In this document: positions 10,092 to 19,308 of the stretch, in pieces
How the letters are laid out: every line of letters begins with the position of its first letter
How positions within the stretch are numbered: position 1 is the stretch's first letter
Origin: Candidatus Moanibacter sp.
Lineage (GTDB): Bacteria; Verrucomicrobiota; Verrucomicrobiia; Opitutales; UBA2987
Assembly: GCA_965215885.1 (NCBI GenBank)
Contig: CBDCEW010000013.1
Span: 1-37,494 of the forward strand
Direction of reading: 5' to 3'
Length of the DNA stretch: 37,494 nt
The notes under the pieces: model-generated
What the model was told of the DNA's origin: nothing
What the model saw: only the letters and a program-made list of their open reading frames with translations
Database searches by the model: none
Made by a program: the position numbers and the translations under genes

Positions 10092-11438
10092 ATGAGAATT
10101 CAGCTCATACTCACAGTTTTATTTCTGAGCACTTCACTCCTCCTGGGACAGTTTGGAAAACCAGGGGTAAAGAAGGCGGCCGAGGAAAGGCGTCTGAGTG
10201 ACGCTGTCGGAACTTCGCCGACACTCTCCCAGGTCGAGCTGGCACTGCTGGAGAAAATAGACGCTTTGATTGGATCCAACCTGGCGCACGCGCAAGCAAT
10301 GTTGGAAGCTCTGGTCTTCGGTGAGAATCCTTCGAGCGCTTATTTCGACTATGCCCTGGGGGTTGTATATATGACGGATCGCAAGAATCGGAAGGCGGAA
10401 GATCAGTTTTTGCGGGCGATTGAGAAGTTCCCCTATTTCAGGAAAGCATGGGTCGATTTGGGTACCTTGCGGTACTACTCGGACGACACGACCGGTGCTG
10501 TTGAGGCCCTTTCAAAGGGGGTCGAACTCGGTGCATCGGATGCGAACACTCTCGGTATTCTGGCCTTCTGTCACTTGAAGCAGGGCAATTTCATGGCTGC
10601 CGATGCCGCCTACGACTCGGCGTTATTGATGGAACCCACGAACTTAAATTGGCTGGAAGGAAAGACTTTCATACTGGTAGAATCAAAACAATTTGCGGAA
10701 GCCGCGAAAGCGTTGCGCGCGCTGATCAAACGAGACCCGTTGAATGCCGATTACTGGCTCCTCCAAAGCAATACGTATCTCGCATTGGATCAACCGCTAA
10801 AGGCCGCCCGCAATATTGAGATCGTTCGTAGCATGGGCGAGGCGGACGCGGAGGCCGTGCTTCTTCTGGCAAACATTTATATGCAGCAGGAAATTTATGA
10901 TCGGGCCACCGAGACCTATATAGAGGCGTTCGAAATGAGGGAAGGTGAGGATAGTTTGCTCGCACTCAAAGTAGCCAATCAGTTGTTTCAGAGAGGCCAG
11001 TTTGAAAAGGCAAAAGTGCTCTTTTCAGCGATAGGGGACGACCGGACGGATTGGGAACTTGAGGATATGACCCGTTACGGATACATCCAGGCGGAATTCG
11101 CTGTCCTGGATGACAGGGATGAGCTTGCCATAAAGATTCTGAATGCGGTTTTGGAAGTTGATCCATTTAATGGGAAGTGCCTCACGAAACTTGCCGAGCT
11201 CTACGCGAGAAATGACGAAAAGGACAAAGCCTATTACGTCTTGGAGAGGGTCCAGGACGGATCCGATTTTGAATTAAATGCACTTCTCTTTCATTCACGT
11301 TTGCTCATCGAGGATGAGCGTTATGCGAAGTCGCTTGAAATTCTCGATCGAGCCCTGAAGATACACCCAAGCGCTCCTCTCGAGATATTCTATGAGAGAG
11401 TCAAGGTCGCGGCAGCGCATTTTGACGATACCATTTAG
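10092..11438 (+). CDS. Tetratricopeptide repeat protein, secreted (TtpD-like)
   Basis: Signal peptide, repeated TPR helices (e.g. FLRAIEKFPYFRKAWVDLG); last gene of the tonB operon. Confidence 0.87.
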   Translation: MRIQLILTVLFLSTSLLLGQFGKPGVKKAAEERRLSDAVGTSPTLSQVELALLEKIDALIGSNLAHAQAMLEALVFGENPSSAYFDYALGVVYMTDRKNRKAEDQFLRAIEKFPYFRKAWVDLGTLRYYSDDTTGAVEALSKGVELGASDANTLGILAFCHLKQGNFMAADAAYDSALLMEPTNLNWLEGKTFILVESKQFAEAAKALRALIKRDPLNADYWLLQSNTYLALDQPLKAARNIEIVRSMGEADAEAVLLLANIYMQQEIYDRATETYIEAFEMREGEDSLLALKVANQLFQRGQFEKAKVLFSAIGDDRTDWELEDMTRYGYIQAEFAVLDDRDELAIKILNAVLEVDPFNGKCLTKLAELYARNDEKDKAYYVLERVQDGSDFELNALLFHSRLLIEDERYAKSLEILDRALKIHPSAPLEIFYERVKVAAAHFDDTI

Positions 11439-11534
11439 GAATCTGTCGGGATTAACGTTCGGAATTCGCGGAGATATTTCTCCATCTGAGTGCGATGATG
11501 CGTTGCAGCGGTTTCGACGACCGACATCTTCCTA
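11436..11534. mobile_element. MITE-like element, family A (99 bp)
   Basis: TAGGAATCTGTCGG (11436) and CCGACATCTTCCTA (11521-11534), 12/14 inverted match; left TAG is the TPR gene stop. Confidence 0.65.
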
Positions 11535-11749
11535 TGCGCTCTGCCGATCAGATCCCGGCGCGTGAGATCGATTGGCATTTGAGCCCTTTTTTTCTAACCC
11601 GAAAATGGCAATTATCGAAAACCCAGCCCTCTGCGACTAATGATAAATGCCTTGTTTTTCCGCTGAGAATCTTCTAAGTTATAAAATGGTATTTATGCTC
11701 GCCACGAAGTCGGAAGTATCCTAATTTGAGGGCATAGAGTAGCTATACA

Positions 11750-12373
11750 ATGCAAGAAATTCGTGAGAGTTTTGTTGTAACATCTACCTTGGCCGGAATT
11801 CTCCTGCTTTCCGGCTGCGCGACCAACTATACGGTTAAGGTAGATGCCCTGAAAAGCAGCAATGTCGAAAAACCTTATGAATCCTTCCACATCGTAAGCG
11901 CCGATCCCGAAGTCGACCGGGAAGTCCCTCAATTTGAGGAGGTTTCGAAATATCTAAAGGCTGCTCTTTCCGGTAAGGGGATGTATGAAGCACCCGATGG
12001 CGAAACGGCAGATCTTATAGTTGAGGTTTCTTTCGGAATCGGCGAACCGGAGATCGAATTCGAAGAGGTATCAGTCCCGGCAGAAGGTTACCCTGGCATG
12101 TATGTTCTGACCGAAGTGGTCCCGATTACCATTTATGGAAAGTTCCTGAGAATCTCCGCGCGAGACAATAAAGAGATCGATCAACTGGAGAGCCTTGAGG
12201 AAGTTTGGCATCTCTACATAAGCGCCCGCGACAAGAGTAGCAACTTGGAAAAGTACCTTCCCATATTAGTGGCGGCCGGGCAGGACTTTATGGGGCAGGA
12301 AACGAAAGGTCAGGTGCGGGTGAAGATAAAGGATCAGAGCGATGCTGTAGTCTTCATCAAAGGAGGCACGTGA
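11750..12373 (+). CDS. Lipoprotein, DUF4136-like
   Basis: Lipobox LLSGC; overall layout resembles DUF4136 lipoproteins (recall). Confidence 0.7.
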   Translation: MQEIRESFVVTSTLAGILLLSGCATNYTVKVDALKSSNVEKPYESFHIVSADPEVDREVPQFEEVSKYLKAALSGKGMYEAPDGETADLIVEVSFGIGEPEIEFEEVSVPAEGYPGMYVLTEVVPITIYGKFLRISARDNKEIDQLESLEEVWHLYISARDKSSNLEKYLPILVAAGQDFMGQETKGQVRVKIKDQSDAVVFIKGGT

Positions 12374-12420
12374 GCGCGACTTTTTTCGGGTCAGCGCTCT
12401 GCCTGGATTCTCCTGAGCGA

Positions 12421-12453
12421 TTAGTCCGCTTATTTCGCAAAAAAGCGGACTAA
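12421..12453. promoter_or_regulatory. Perfect 11-bp stem-loop abutting the RBS of the downstream gene
   Basis: TTAGTCCGCTT / AAGCGGACTAA; 3' arm runs into AAGGAGA before ATG 12459. Confidence 0.5.
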
Positions 12454-12458
12454 GGAGA

Positions 12459-13448
12459 ATGAATAAAGTATTGGTGGCGGAGCGTATACTGGATCCACAG
12501 TATGACTCGGATACTCGACGGGAGGCATTCGGGCGGCTGGGCAGGCTTGTCGAGATCGAGCGTTACGACCAGGAGGATATGACCGCTGAGGACGCGGAAA
12601 ATGTCGTCGGTGTGATCGCCAACTCCGTTCTTTTTACGAGGAGCTTTTACGAAGCTGCGAACGACCTGCGCATCATCGCCCGATGGGGAGTCGGTTTCGA
12701 CAAGGTGAACGTAGAGATCGCCACCGAACTCGGGGTCGTCATCTGCGTGGCGCCCGTCCATATGTCAACAGTGGCGGAGTACGCCGTAGCGCAGTGGCTC
12801 GCTACACTCAAGCGCGTCTATACTCTGAACCGCATGTCGCATAACGGCGAATTTGGACTGGTAAAAACCTACGAAGCGGAGGGATCGACACTGGGCATCT
12901 ACGGCCTTGGACGAATCGGCCTGCACTTGGCTCGGCGGGCGCGTCCGCTGCTGGGGAAGAGTGGGCGGCTGCTTGTCTACGACGTTCGACCCGACATCAT
13001 CGAGCGGGCGGCGGAAGTGAACGCTGAAGTGGTAGAAGATCCAATGAGATTGTTCGAGGAATGCGATACCGTGTCTCTGCACGTCTCAGGAGACGACACG
13101 ATCGTGAACTACGAACACCTCTGCGCCATGAAGCCCCACGCTTCGCTCATCAATCCGTCTCGGGGCAACCTCGTGGACGACAATGCGGTCAACCGGGCGA
13201 TCGAGGAAGAACGCCTTTTTTATTATGTGGTCGACGATCCTGCAAACGGGCCGCGGGAGATTCACCGGGGACATCCGCGAATCATTTGCACCAACCACAA
13301 TGCGGGAGTCACCATCCAATCCGTCGGCCGCCTCGAATTGACGAACGTCGAGCAGGTCGAGAACGTGATTCACGGTCAGCGACCGTCCTATATCCTTAAC
13401 GAGGAGGTCCTCGATCATCCCCGCGTGAAGGGGTGGCTGATTGGATAG
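12459..13448 (+). CDS. D-isomer-specific 2-hydroxyacid dehydrogenase family protein
   Basis: RWGVGFDKV, VAEY, GIYGLGRIG, SLHV, INPSRG, TNHNAG. Confidence 0.9.
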   Translation: MNKVLVAERILDPQYDSDTRREAFGRLGRLVEIERYDQEDMTAEDAENVVGVIANSVLFTRSFYEAANDLRIIARWGVGFDKVNVEIATELGVVICVAPVHMSTVAEYAVAQWLATLKRVYTLNRMSHNGEFGLVKTYEAEGSTLGIYGLGRIGLHLARRARPLLGKSGRLLVYDVRPDIIERAAEVNAEVVEDPMRLFEECDTVSLHVSGDDTIVNYEHLCAMKPHASLINPSRGNLVDDNAVNRAIEEERLFYYVVDDPANGPREIHRGHPRIICTNHNAGVTIQSVGRLELTNVEQVENVIHGQRPSYILNEEVLDHPRVKGWLIG

Positions 13449-13531
13449 AATTGATTCTGCTGGAGAATTCCCACGTTCTTGCGAACGCGGTTGAGGATTT
13501 CGAAAAGCCTGACCCCAGCGAGTCGAGGGGC

Positions 13532-13551
13532 TATGGCCGAGAGATTCCTAG
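13532..13551 (-). repeat. Family A end motif at the larC stop codon
   Basis: Minus strand reads CTAGGAATCTCTCGGCCATA; the TAG is the larC stop. Confidence 0.6.
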
Positions 13552-14843
13552 GCCTTAAAACCTGGATCCGACTCCCAGATGCGGGCCAGGTCATCGTGTT
13601 CCGGTTTCTCTTTGAGCACCTCTCCTTCCGTCGTCATACCGATCTTGTACCTTAATTTACCGTAGGGCGTATCGCGGGTTTCAATCTTGCGCGCCAATTG
13701 GAACTTATCCCATTTTCTCCGGCGGAGTCCGAAGGTAGAACTCGATCTCAATATCCAATCGATCAACGCCTGTTCCCTGTCAGTAGAAGCGAGCATCGAT
13801 AGGAGATGGGCAGGGCGATTCTTTTTTCCCGTGACCGGTGTGATCCAAACATCCAGCGCACCCTGTTCAAGCGCTTTCTCGAGTAGCCACGCGGAACGCT
13901 CGGGCGATTGATCATCAAGATTACAGACGATCTCAACAATTTCATTTTGCTCATAGGGAAGTGGCAGCACAGAGGTGCGTTTCGAGACCTCGAAAAGAGT
14001 GATCCGTGTTACATTAGGCACGCTTTTCAAATCCATGGACCCTGCTCCGTATCCGTGAGCGACGGGACGTCCAGCCGGCCAGGCGGTGACAAATTCAGGG
14101 CTCAGCACCTTTAGAATAGCGAGTCCAGTTGGGGTCGATAACTCCAGATTCCTCCGATCAATGCCCTCGGGCACCGGATCAACGGGGAATCCGCGACATA
14201 ATACTGCCGAAGCCGGTGGCGGAATCGGGTAGGTTCCGTGTGCGATCTTAATGCTTCCGCGTCCCAGCTTAACGGGAGAAGCGTAAACTTTTTGCGGCGC
14301 TATGCGAGCAAGGCAGAGACCGGCCATAGCGGCATCTACAATCGAATCGATGCGACCGACTTCATGAAACTGCACAAGATGGGATTCGATCCCGTGGGCG
14401 GCGGCCTCCGCGGCAGCGAGTTCCCTGAATATGGCCAAGGCAATGGCAGTTATTTCGCTGCTCAAGCTGCTCTCCTCAAATAGTGCTTCGATCAACCCGA
14501 TCGGCACATGGCGGTGGTTGTCTTTGACGGTTTGTTTGGGGCCGTGAGAATGTCTTCCGTGTTGATCGTCGTTGTGAACGAGATTCGCGCTGATCGATGG
14601 ATGCTCATGAAGAAACCGCTCCCAGCATTCATCGTCAAATGAGACTCTGACCTGGGTTGCCGCGAGATGAGCCCGGCTTGTTCGAGCGAGCTGAACTGAA
14701 ACTCCACTGAATCCGAGCAAACCGGGGACTGCTTCAAGATCCGAGGCTTCCACCAGCTTAGCGTCCGCACAAGCAGCGGTGAACATGTCACCTGCGATTC
14801 CGGCAACACTTTCAATAAACAATGCTGATTCGATATCCTTCAT
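13548..14843 (-). CDS. larC: Nickel insertase LarC (NPN cofactor biosynthesis)
   Basis: AGIAGDM, His-rich loop, FHEVG.IDSIVD, TPTG.A, NLDD, KK.RP, STFG.R, PE.DD. Confidence 0.93.
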   Translation of the reverse strand: MKDIESALFIESVAGIAGDMFTAACADAKLVEASDLEAVPGLLGFSGVSVQLARTSRAHLAATQVRVSFDDECWERFLHEHPSISANLVHNDDQHGRHSHGPKQTVKDNHRHVPIGLIEALFEESSLSSEITAIALAIFRELAAAEAAAHGIESHLVQFHEVGRIDSIVDAAMAGLCLARIAPQKVYASPVKLGRGSIKIAHGTYPIPPPASAVLCRGFPVDPVPEGIDRRNLELSTPTGLAILKVLSPEFVTAWPAGRPVAHGYGAGSMDLKSVPNVTRITLFEVSKRTSVLPLPYEQNEIVEIVCNLDDQSPERSAWLLEKALEQGALDVWITPVTGKKNRPAHLLSMLASTDREQALIDWILRSSSTFGLRRRKWDKFQLARKIETRDTPYGKLRYKIGMTTEGEVLKEKPEHDDLARIWESDPGFKA

Positions 14844-15643
14844 TTAGTACGAATAGGGGCTTGCTTTTGCATTCGTTTCTTAATTTCCGCAACCACACGA
14901 CAGGCCGCATAACCGGCTGAGAATCCATTGTCGATGTTGACGACGGAGACACCGGGAGAACACGAATTCAGCATCGTCAACATAGGCGCGATACCGCCAA
15001 AGTTCGCACCGTAACCAACGCTGCTTGGGACCGCGAAAATCGGCTTACCGACCAGACCACCGATTACACCTGGTAGAGCGCCCTCCATTCCCGCGACAAC
15101 TACGAGCGCCGATGCTGCCTCAAGGGAATCAATCCTGTCCAGGATGCGGTGGAGTCCGGCTACTCCAACGTCAGGAATTGTTGAAAACGGGGTCGCAGTA
15201 GCTACACATACCTCGGCCGCCTCTTCAACGACGGGGAGATCCCCCGTTCCCGCGGATATGATTGCGACGCTGGGTTCTTCGCCGTCTGAATGCTGCACAT
15301 CGGGGGCGTTAATAATGACCGTTCCGGCTCTCTCATTGCTCCTGTTTCCCGGAAACGATTCATTCAATCCTTCAATTTTCTCGCTATCCAACCGGGTTAT
15401 GAGAACCGGCACATTTTCGCTGGAGAGTTCCCGCGCAATTGAAATGATCTGATTGAGTGTTTTTGAACTGCCAAGAATAACTTCGCACAATCCGTGCCGA
15501 AGTCTGCGGTGGTGGTCAGGGGTTGCATCCGAAAGGGAAGACGATCTGAAAGGTCCTCGCTTTAACAGCCCAATCGCCTCATCGATCGTTTTGTCTTCCC
15601 GTTGAACACTGTCGAGCAGTGCTCTCAGATCGTCTTCGTTCAT
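14840..15643 (-). CDS. larB: NPN biosynthesis carboxylase/hydrolase LarB (PurE-like)
   Basis: DHHR..R.G..EVI, AGTGD, DVGVAGLHR, AGMEGALP, MLNSC, VNIDNGF. Confidence 0.95.
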   Translation of the reverse strand: MNEDDLRALLDSVQREDKTIDEAIGLLKRGPFRSSSLSDATPDHHRRLRHGLCEVILGSSKTLNQIISIARELSSENVPVLITRLDSEKIEGLNESFPGNRSNERAGTVIINAPDVQHSDGEEPSVAIISAGTGDLPVVEEAAEVCVATATPFSTIPDVGVAGLHRILDRIDSLEAASALVVVAGMEGALPGVIGGLVGKPIFAVPSSVGYGANFGGIAPMLTMLNSCSPGVSVVNIDNGFSAGYAACRVVAEIKKRMQKQAPIRTK

Positions 15644-16479
15644 CGGTTGGCTCCACCGGTCCGGTATCCTTCCAGGTCAAGCATTACCCAATGGTATCCC
15701 AGCTTTTTTGCCTCATGGACAAGAGACTCCTTTAAGCTCAACGCATGGGGCATTTCCTCCGGCGCTACTTCCAGGCGAATGAAACGTTTGCGCCCGTCGT
15801 CATGATGTCTTACGCGAAACACCTTCAATCCCCCTCTCCGCAGAAACGTCTCCAGTTCCTCGATATTATTCATCATCTTTGGTGTAATTCGGACTCCTGT
15901 CATGACGCGCGAACTGAGACAGGGACTTGCAGGTTTGTCAGCCAAGGTATAACCCTCCTGCCGCATCAGGGCACGGATTTCATCCTTTGCGATTCCTAAT
16001 TCCGCCAGTGGAAAGAGTGCGTTGTGCTCGCGAGCTGCCTGATGCCCAGGGCGGAAATCGCCGATATCGGAAGCTGTGTAACCGTAGGCGACGTGGCCGA
16101 AACCGCGTTCACAGATGAGACCGTCGGTGATTCGAAACAATTCGGATTTACAGTAGTAGCAGCGTAGTTTGTCGTTTCGCAGATACTCCTCCTGGGCGAA
16201 CTCCGTGCTTTTCAGCAACTCCCAATCGACTCCGATCGCCTTCGCGAACCGCTCCGCATCGTCAATATCCTTTTGCGGAACGCTGGGGCTCACCGTTGTC
16301 AAAGCAAGTAAGCGACCACCGGTTGACCGCAGCGACATTTTCGCCGCCCAGAGGAGAAACCCACTGTCCACACCGCCTGAAAATGCAATCACTAGGCCAT
16401 CGGGCAAATAAGGCTGCAGGAGAGTCATCAGTTGCGAGACGCGGGCGTCTGCTTTTTCCCTTTGCACGGAGAGCGGCAT
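15640..16479 (-). CDS. larE: ATP-dependent sulfur transferase LarE
   Basis: PP-loop AFSGGVDS, RCYYCK, D.RPG..AA, PCLSSR, RVRHH, LDLEGYRTG. Confidence 0.95.
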   Translation of the reverse strand: MPLSVQREKADARVSQLMTLLQPYLPDGLVIAFSGGVDSGFLLWAAKMSLRSTGGRLLALTTVSPSVPQKDIDDAERFAKAIGVDWELLKSTEFAQEEYLRNDKLRCYYCKSELFRITDGLICERGFGHVAYGYTASDIGDFRPGHQAAREHNALFPLAELGIAKDEIRALMRQEGYTLADKPASPCLSSRVMTGVRITPKMMNNIEELETFLRRGGLKVFRVRHHDDGRKRFIRLEVAPEEMPHALSLKESLVHEAKKLGYHWVMLDLEGYRTGGANR

Positions 16480-16537
16480 GCCTACAATGAAGTTGCGATT
16501 AGATCCGGATTCAACCTCTTTCTCCAGTATCAGGATA

Positions 16538-17818
16538 GTGAATAACGATAATCAGATCGCCGTCGCCTTCGGAAGTGGAACACTTTTTATCGAGGCAGAT
16601 CCCGATTTGGCCGAGTGGGATGTGATTCGGCCACAGTTTGAGGAAGCACTCACCGATGTGAAGGAACGGTTCGTAGAGGCGGTTAGGAACCCGATCGGTT
16701 CGAAACCCTTGAGAGAGTTGATTGAGCCTTCCGATCGAGTTCTGATTGCGACGTCTGATGGAACGCGTCCCGTGCCGAATCGCCAGTTGATTCCCTGGCT
16801 CCTGGAGGAACTTCCAGTTCCTGAGGAGCAGGTGACCGTAATGATTGGGACCGGGACGCATCGGGCCAATACGAGGGAAGAGATCGCGGGCATGTTCGGT
16901 GAGGATCTGGTGAAGCGGATAAGGATTTTGAATCACGATGCCTTTGATGAATCCCGAAATGTTCTGGTAGGAAAAATTGGGAGTGGAACGCCGGTTTATC
17001 TGAATGAGGCTTACCTCGAGGCGGACAAACGGATTGCGGTGGGCTTTATCGAGCCTCACTTTTTCGCCGGATTCTCGGGCGGGCCCAAGGCAGTCGCACC
17101 CGGTTTGGCTGGGATTGAGACCATTCTTCGACTCCACAGGTCGGAGCTTATTGGGGATCCGAATAGTACTTGGGGCGTGTTGGAGGAAAATCCCTTGCAC
17201 CGGGAAATTCGAGAGGCAGTGGCGCTCTCGCCGCCGGAGTTTATGGTAAATGTGACCTTGAATTCAGAGAAGGCGATCACGGCGTTCTATTCGGGCGATT
17301 ATGGAGAGGCCCATCGTAAAGGGTGTGCCGATGTGAAGGTTTCTGCGATGGTTGCAGTGGATGAGCCTTATCCGGTGGTGGTGACCTCAAATAGTGGATT
17401 TCCTTTGGATCAGAATCTCTACCAGACCGTGAAGGGGATTTCGGCGGCTGCTCGAATTGTCGATGATCAAGGTGCCATCCTGGTGGCGAGTGAGTGCAGC
17501 GATGGAGTGCCTGATCACGGGAATTTTGCGAGTCTTATGCGTACCGGAGATTCACCGCGGGATGTATTGCAGGAGGTTTATGACAGGGAACCGATACTGG
17601 ATCAGTGGCAGGCGCAGATTCTTGCGGGTATATTGAACCGGACCAATGTGACAGTGTATTCACGCATGGACTGCTGTGAGATCGAGGCTTGTAAACTCTC
17701 GGTTACCGACGACCTGGAGGAGGCGCTGCGGGAACGTATTGAGTCAGTCGGCTCCGGCGCGCGTGTGGCCGTTCTGCCGGATGGGCCATTGACGATTCCT
17801 TATATAAGAGAAGAGTGA
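16538..17818 (+). CDS. larA: Nickel-pincer-dependent lactate/alpha-hydroxyacid racemase LarA family; start uncertain (16478, 16487 or 16538)
   Basis: SDGTRP, GTHR, NHD, EPHFFAGFSGGPK, GFPLDQNLYQTVKG, DQWQAQI. Confidence 0.92.
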   Translation: MNNDNQIAVAFGSGTLFIEADPDLAEWDVIRPQFEEALTDVKERFVEAVRNPIGSKPLRELIEPSDRVLIATSDGTRPVPNRQLIPWLLEELPVPEEQVTVMIGTGTHRANTREEIAGMFGEDLVKRIRILNHDAFDESRNVLVGKIGSGTPVYLNEAYLEADKRIAVGFIEPHFFAGFSGGPKAVAPGLAGIETILRLHRSELIGDPNSTWGVLEENPLHREIREAVALSPPEFMVNVTLNSEKAITAFYSGDYGEAHRKGCADVKVSAMVAVDEPYPVVVTSNSGFPLDQNLYQTVKGISAAARIVDDQGAILVASECSDGVPDHGNFASLMRTGDSPRDVLQEVYDREPILDQWQAQILAGILNRTNVTVYSRMDCCEIEACKLSVTDDLEEALRERIESVGSGARVAVLPDGPLTIPYIREE

Positions 17819-17884
17819 AAGAATGAGGTAGAGAAAGGTTGTTTGTCTAAGGCAGCCTTCGGCCGCAGGCGAAGAGTTCGGGGT

Positions 17885-18373
17885 TCAAGTGCGGAAGATC
17901 TTTGTCCCACCCATCTCACAAACCTTCCGGAAATGCTCTTTCGTGACCGGTTGAATGGAAAGCCGTTGCCATCGCTGCACGACGCGCATGTCGGCCAGTT
18001 GCGGGTTGGCCTTCATATCCCTGAGACTGACGTAAGTTTTCAATTTCCTCTTCCATTTGACGTCGACTGAATACCACTGCGGGTTTTCCGGCGACGATTT
18101 CGGATCATAGTATTTGTGCTTTTTGTCGAAGGCGGATGGATCGGGATAGGCCTTGCGCACGATTTCCGCGATTCCCGGTACGCCGGGAATCTCGCAATTG
18201 GACTGATAGAATAGGACCCAATCGCGCAGTCTCATTTCGTCCCGCATGAAGTTGCGCGCCTGGTAATTACGCACGCCCCTCCATCTACCGGTGCTGTCGG
18301 GACGATCCTCCTTCAATTCGTCAAAGGAGCAGGCGTCGACTTCGCATTTCATAAGCCAGAACTTTTTCGCCAT
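17885..18373 (-). CDS. EVE domain-containing protein
   Basis: WLMKCE, W.GVRNYQARNFMRD, FYQSNC, YYDPKS, RLSIQPV. Confidence 0.93.
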   Translation of the reverse strand: MAKKFWLMKCEVDACSFDELKEDRPDSTGRWRGVRNYQARNFMRDEMRLRDWVLFYQSNCEIPGVPGIAEIVRKAYPDPSAFDKKHKYYDPKSSPENPQWYSVDVKWKRKLKTYVSLRDMKANPQLADMRVVQRWQRLSIQPVTKEHFRKVCEMGGTKIFRT

Positions 18374-18679
18374 GGTCGGTTCAGCTTGGACCTTAGAAAG
18401 CTGGCTTTCAAGGCCTGATCCCTTTATTCGTGGCTTTTTTTCGTCTGCAAGCCACCTTGCCTTCTTCCGAAGCGTTACGACGGGAAGAAGGCCTGGCGAT
18501 CCCGACTAAAGAATCTCAGGCGAGTGGCACCATTGGTGAAAGAGGCGATACTCGAAGATCCGTTCGAATTCTGATATCGGGAAGTCATCAGCCTGTTTCA
18601 ACTGGGAAATTTCGGAATCGTGGTGAACTGTCTGTTCAGGCCGCTAGCCGTATAGACGTTTGAACCCTCAAGGGGAAAT

Positions 18680-19132
18680 TCATTTGGAATCAAACCGTAT
18701 GGCACCCGATGATTTTTGCAGCGTGAGCGCTTTGGATGCTGCGTCGAGAGCCCGGCGGAGTAACCAGGCGCGTTCTTTTACATCCTCTTCTCGCTGGATT
18801 TCCAGGAGGGCCTTCCGCAGTGGTCCCATTGCATTTTTTGATAAACCGGAACCCAGACCGGTGAGGGCTTCGGCAGCCACTTCGTAAATTGCTGCGCAGG
18901 CCCCATGGTTACCCTCATTATACAGGGGCGCGCCATATTTTATGGCCAGGCGGATGACATTGATTGCGGTAGAAATCGTACTGACATCGGTGGATGGTGC
19001 AGCTTTGGATTCGGTTGAAGCCGGGAGACTTTGCTTTTCTTCTGTTTCATGCGAGTCGCCGAGGGAACTATTGACCAAGACGAAGAAGAAGCAGAGGGAA
19101 GTCACACAGATTTGATGAATTCGCGTAATCAT
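18680..19132 (-). CDS. Secreted hypothetical protein with small helical domain
   Basis: Signal peptide; AIKYGAPLYNEGNHGACAAIYE...AWLLRRALD resembles a domain I recall appended to CIA30/fasciclin proteins. Confidence 0.7.
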   Translation of the reverse strand: MITRIHQICVTSLCFFFVLVNSSLGDSHETEEKQSLPASTESKAAPSTDVSTISTAINVIRLAIKYGAPLYNEGNHGACAAIYEVAAEALTGLGSGLSKNAMGPLRKALLEIQREEDVKERAWLLRRALDAASKALTLQKSSGAIRFDSK

Positions 19133-19308
19133 TTTGTCCTTTCTGTTGTTTGTAGCCGAGTCTGATAGTGATATACGAAATTTAGTCCAGTTGAGTCGTA
19201 CCTATTTGGCGAGCGATTTATTTCGGAGATGACCAGGGTCTCTCGAAGCTCTCCCATTGTTTGATGAACAAAAGGTTCAATACGAAGTAAGATTCATGAT
19301 ATCGATGA

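Noticed and set aside
18380..18660. 6S RNA next to the EVE gene
   Set aside because: No extended rod with central bubble could be seen; only two local hairpins
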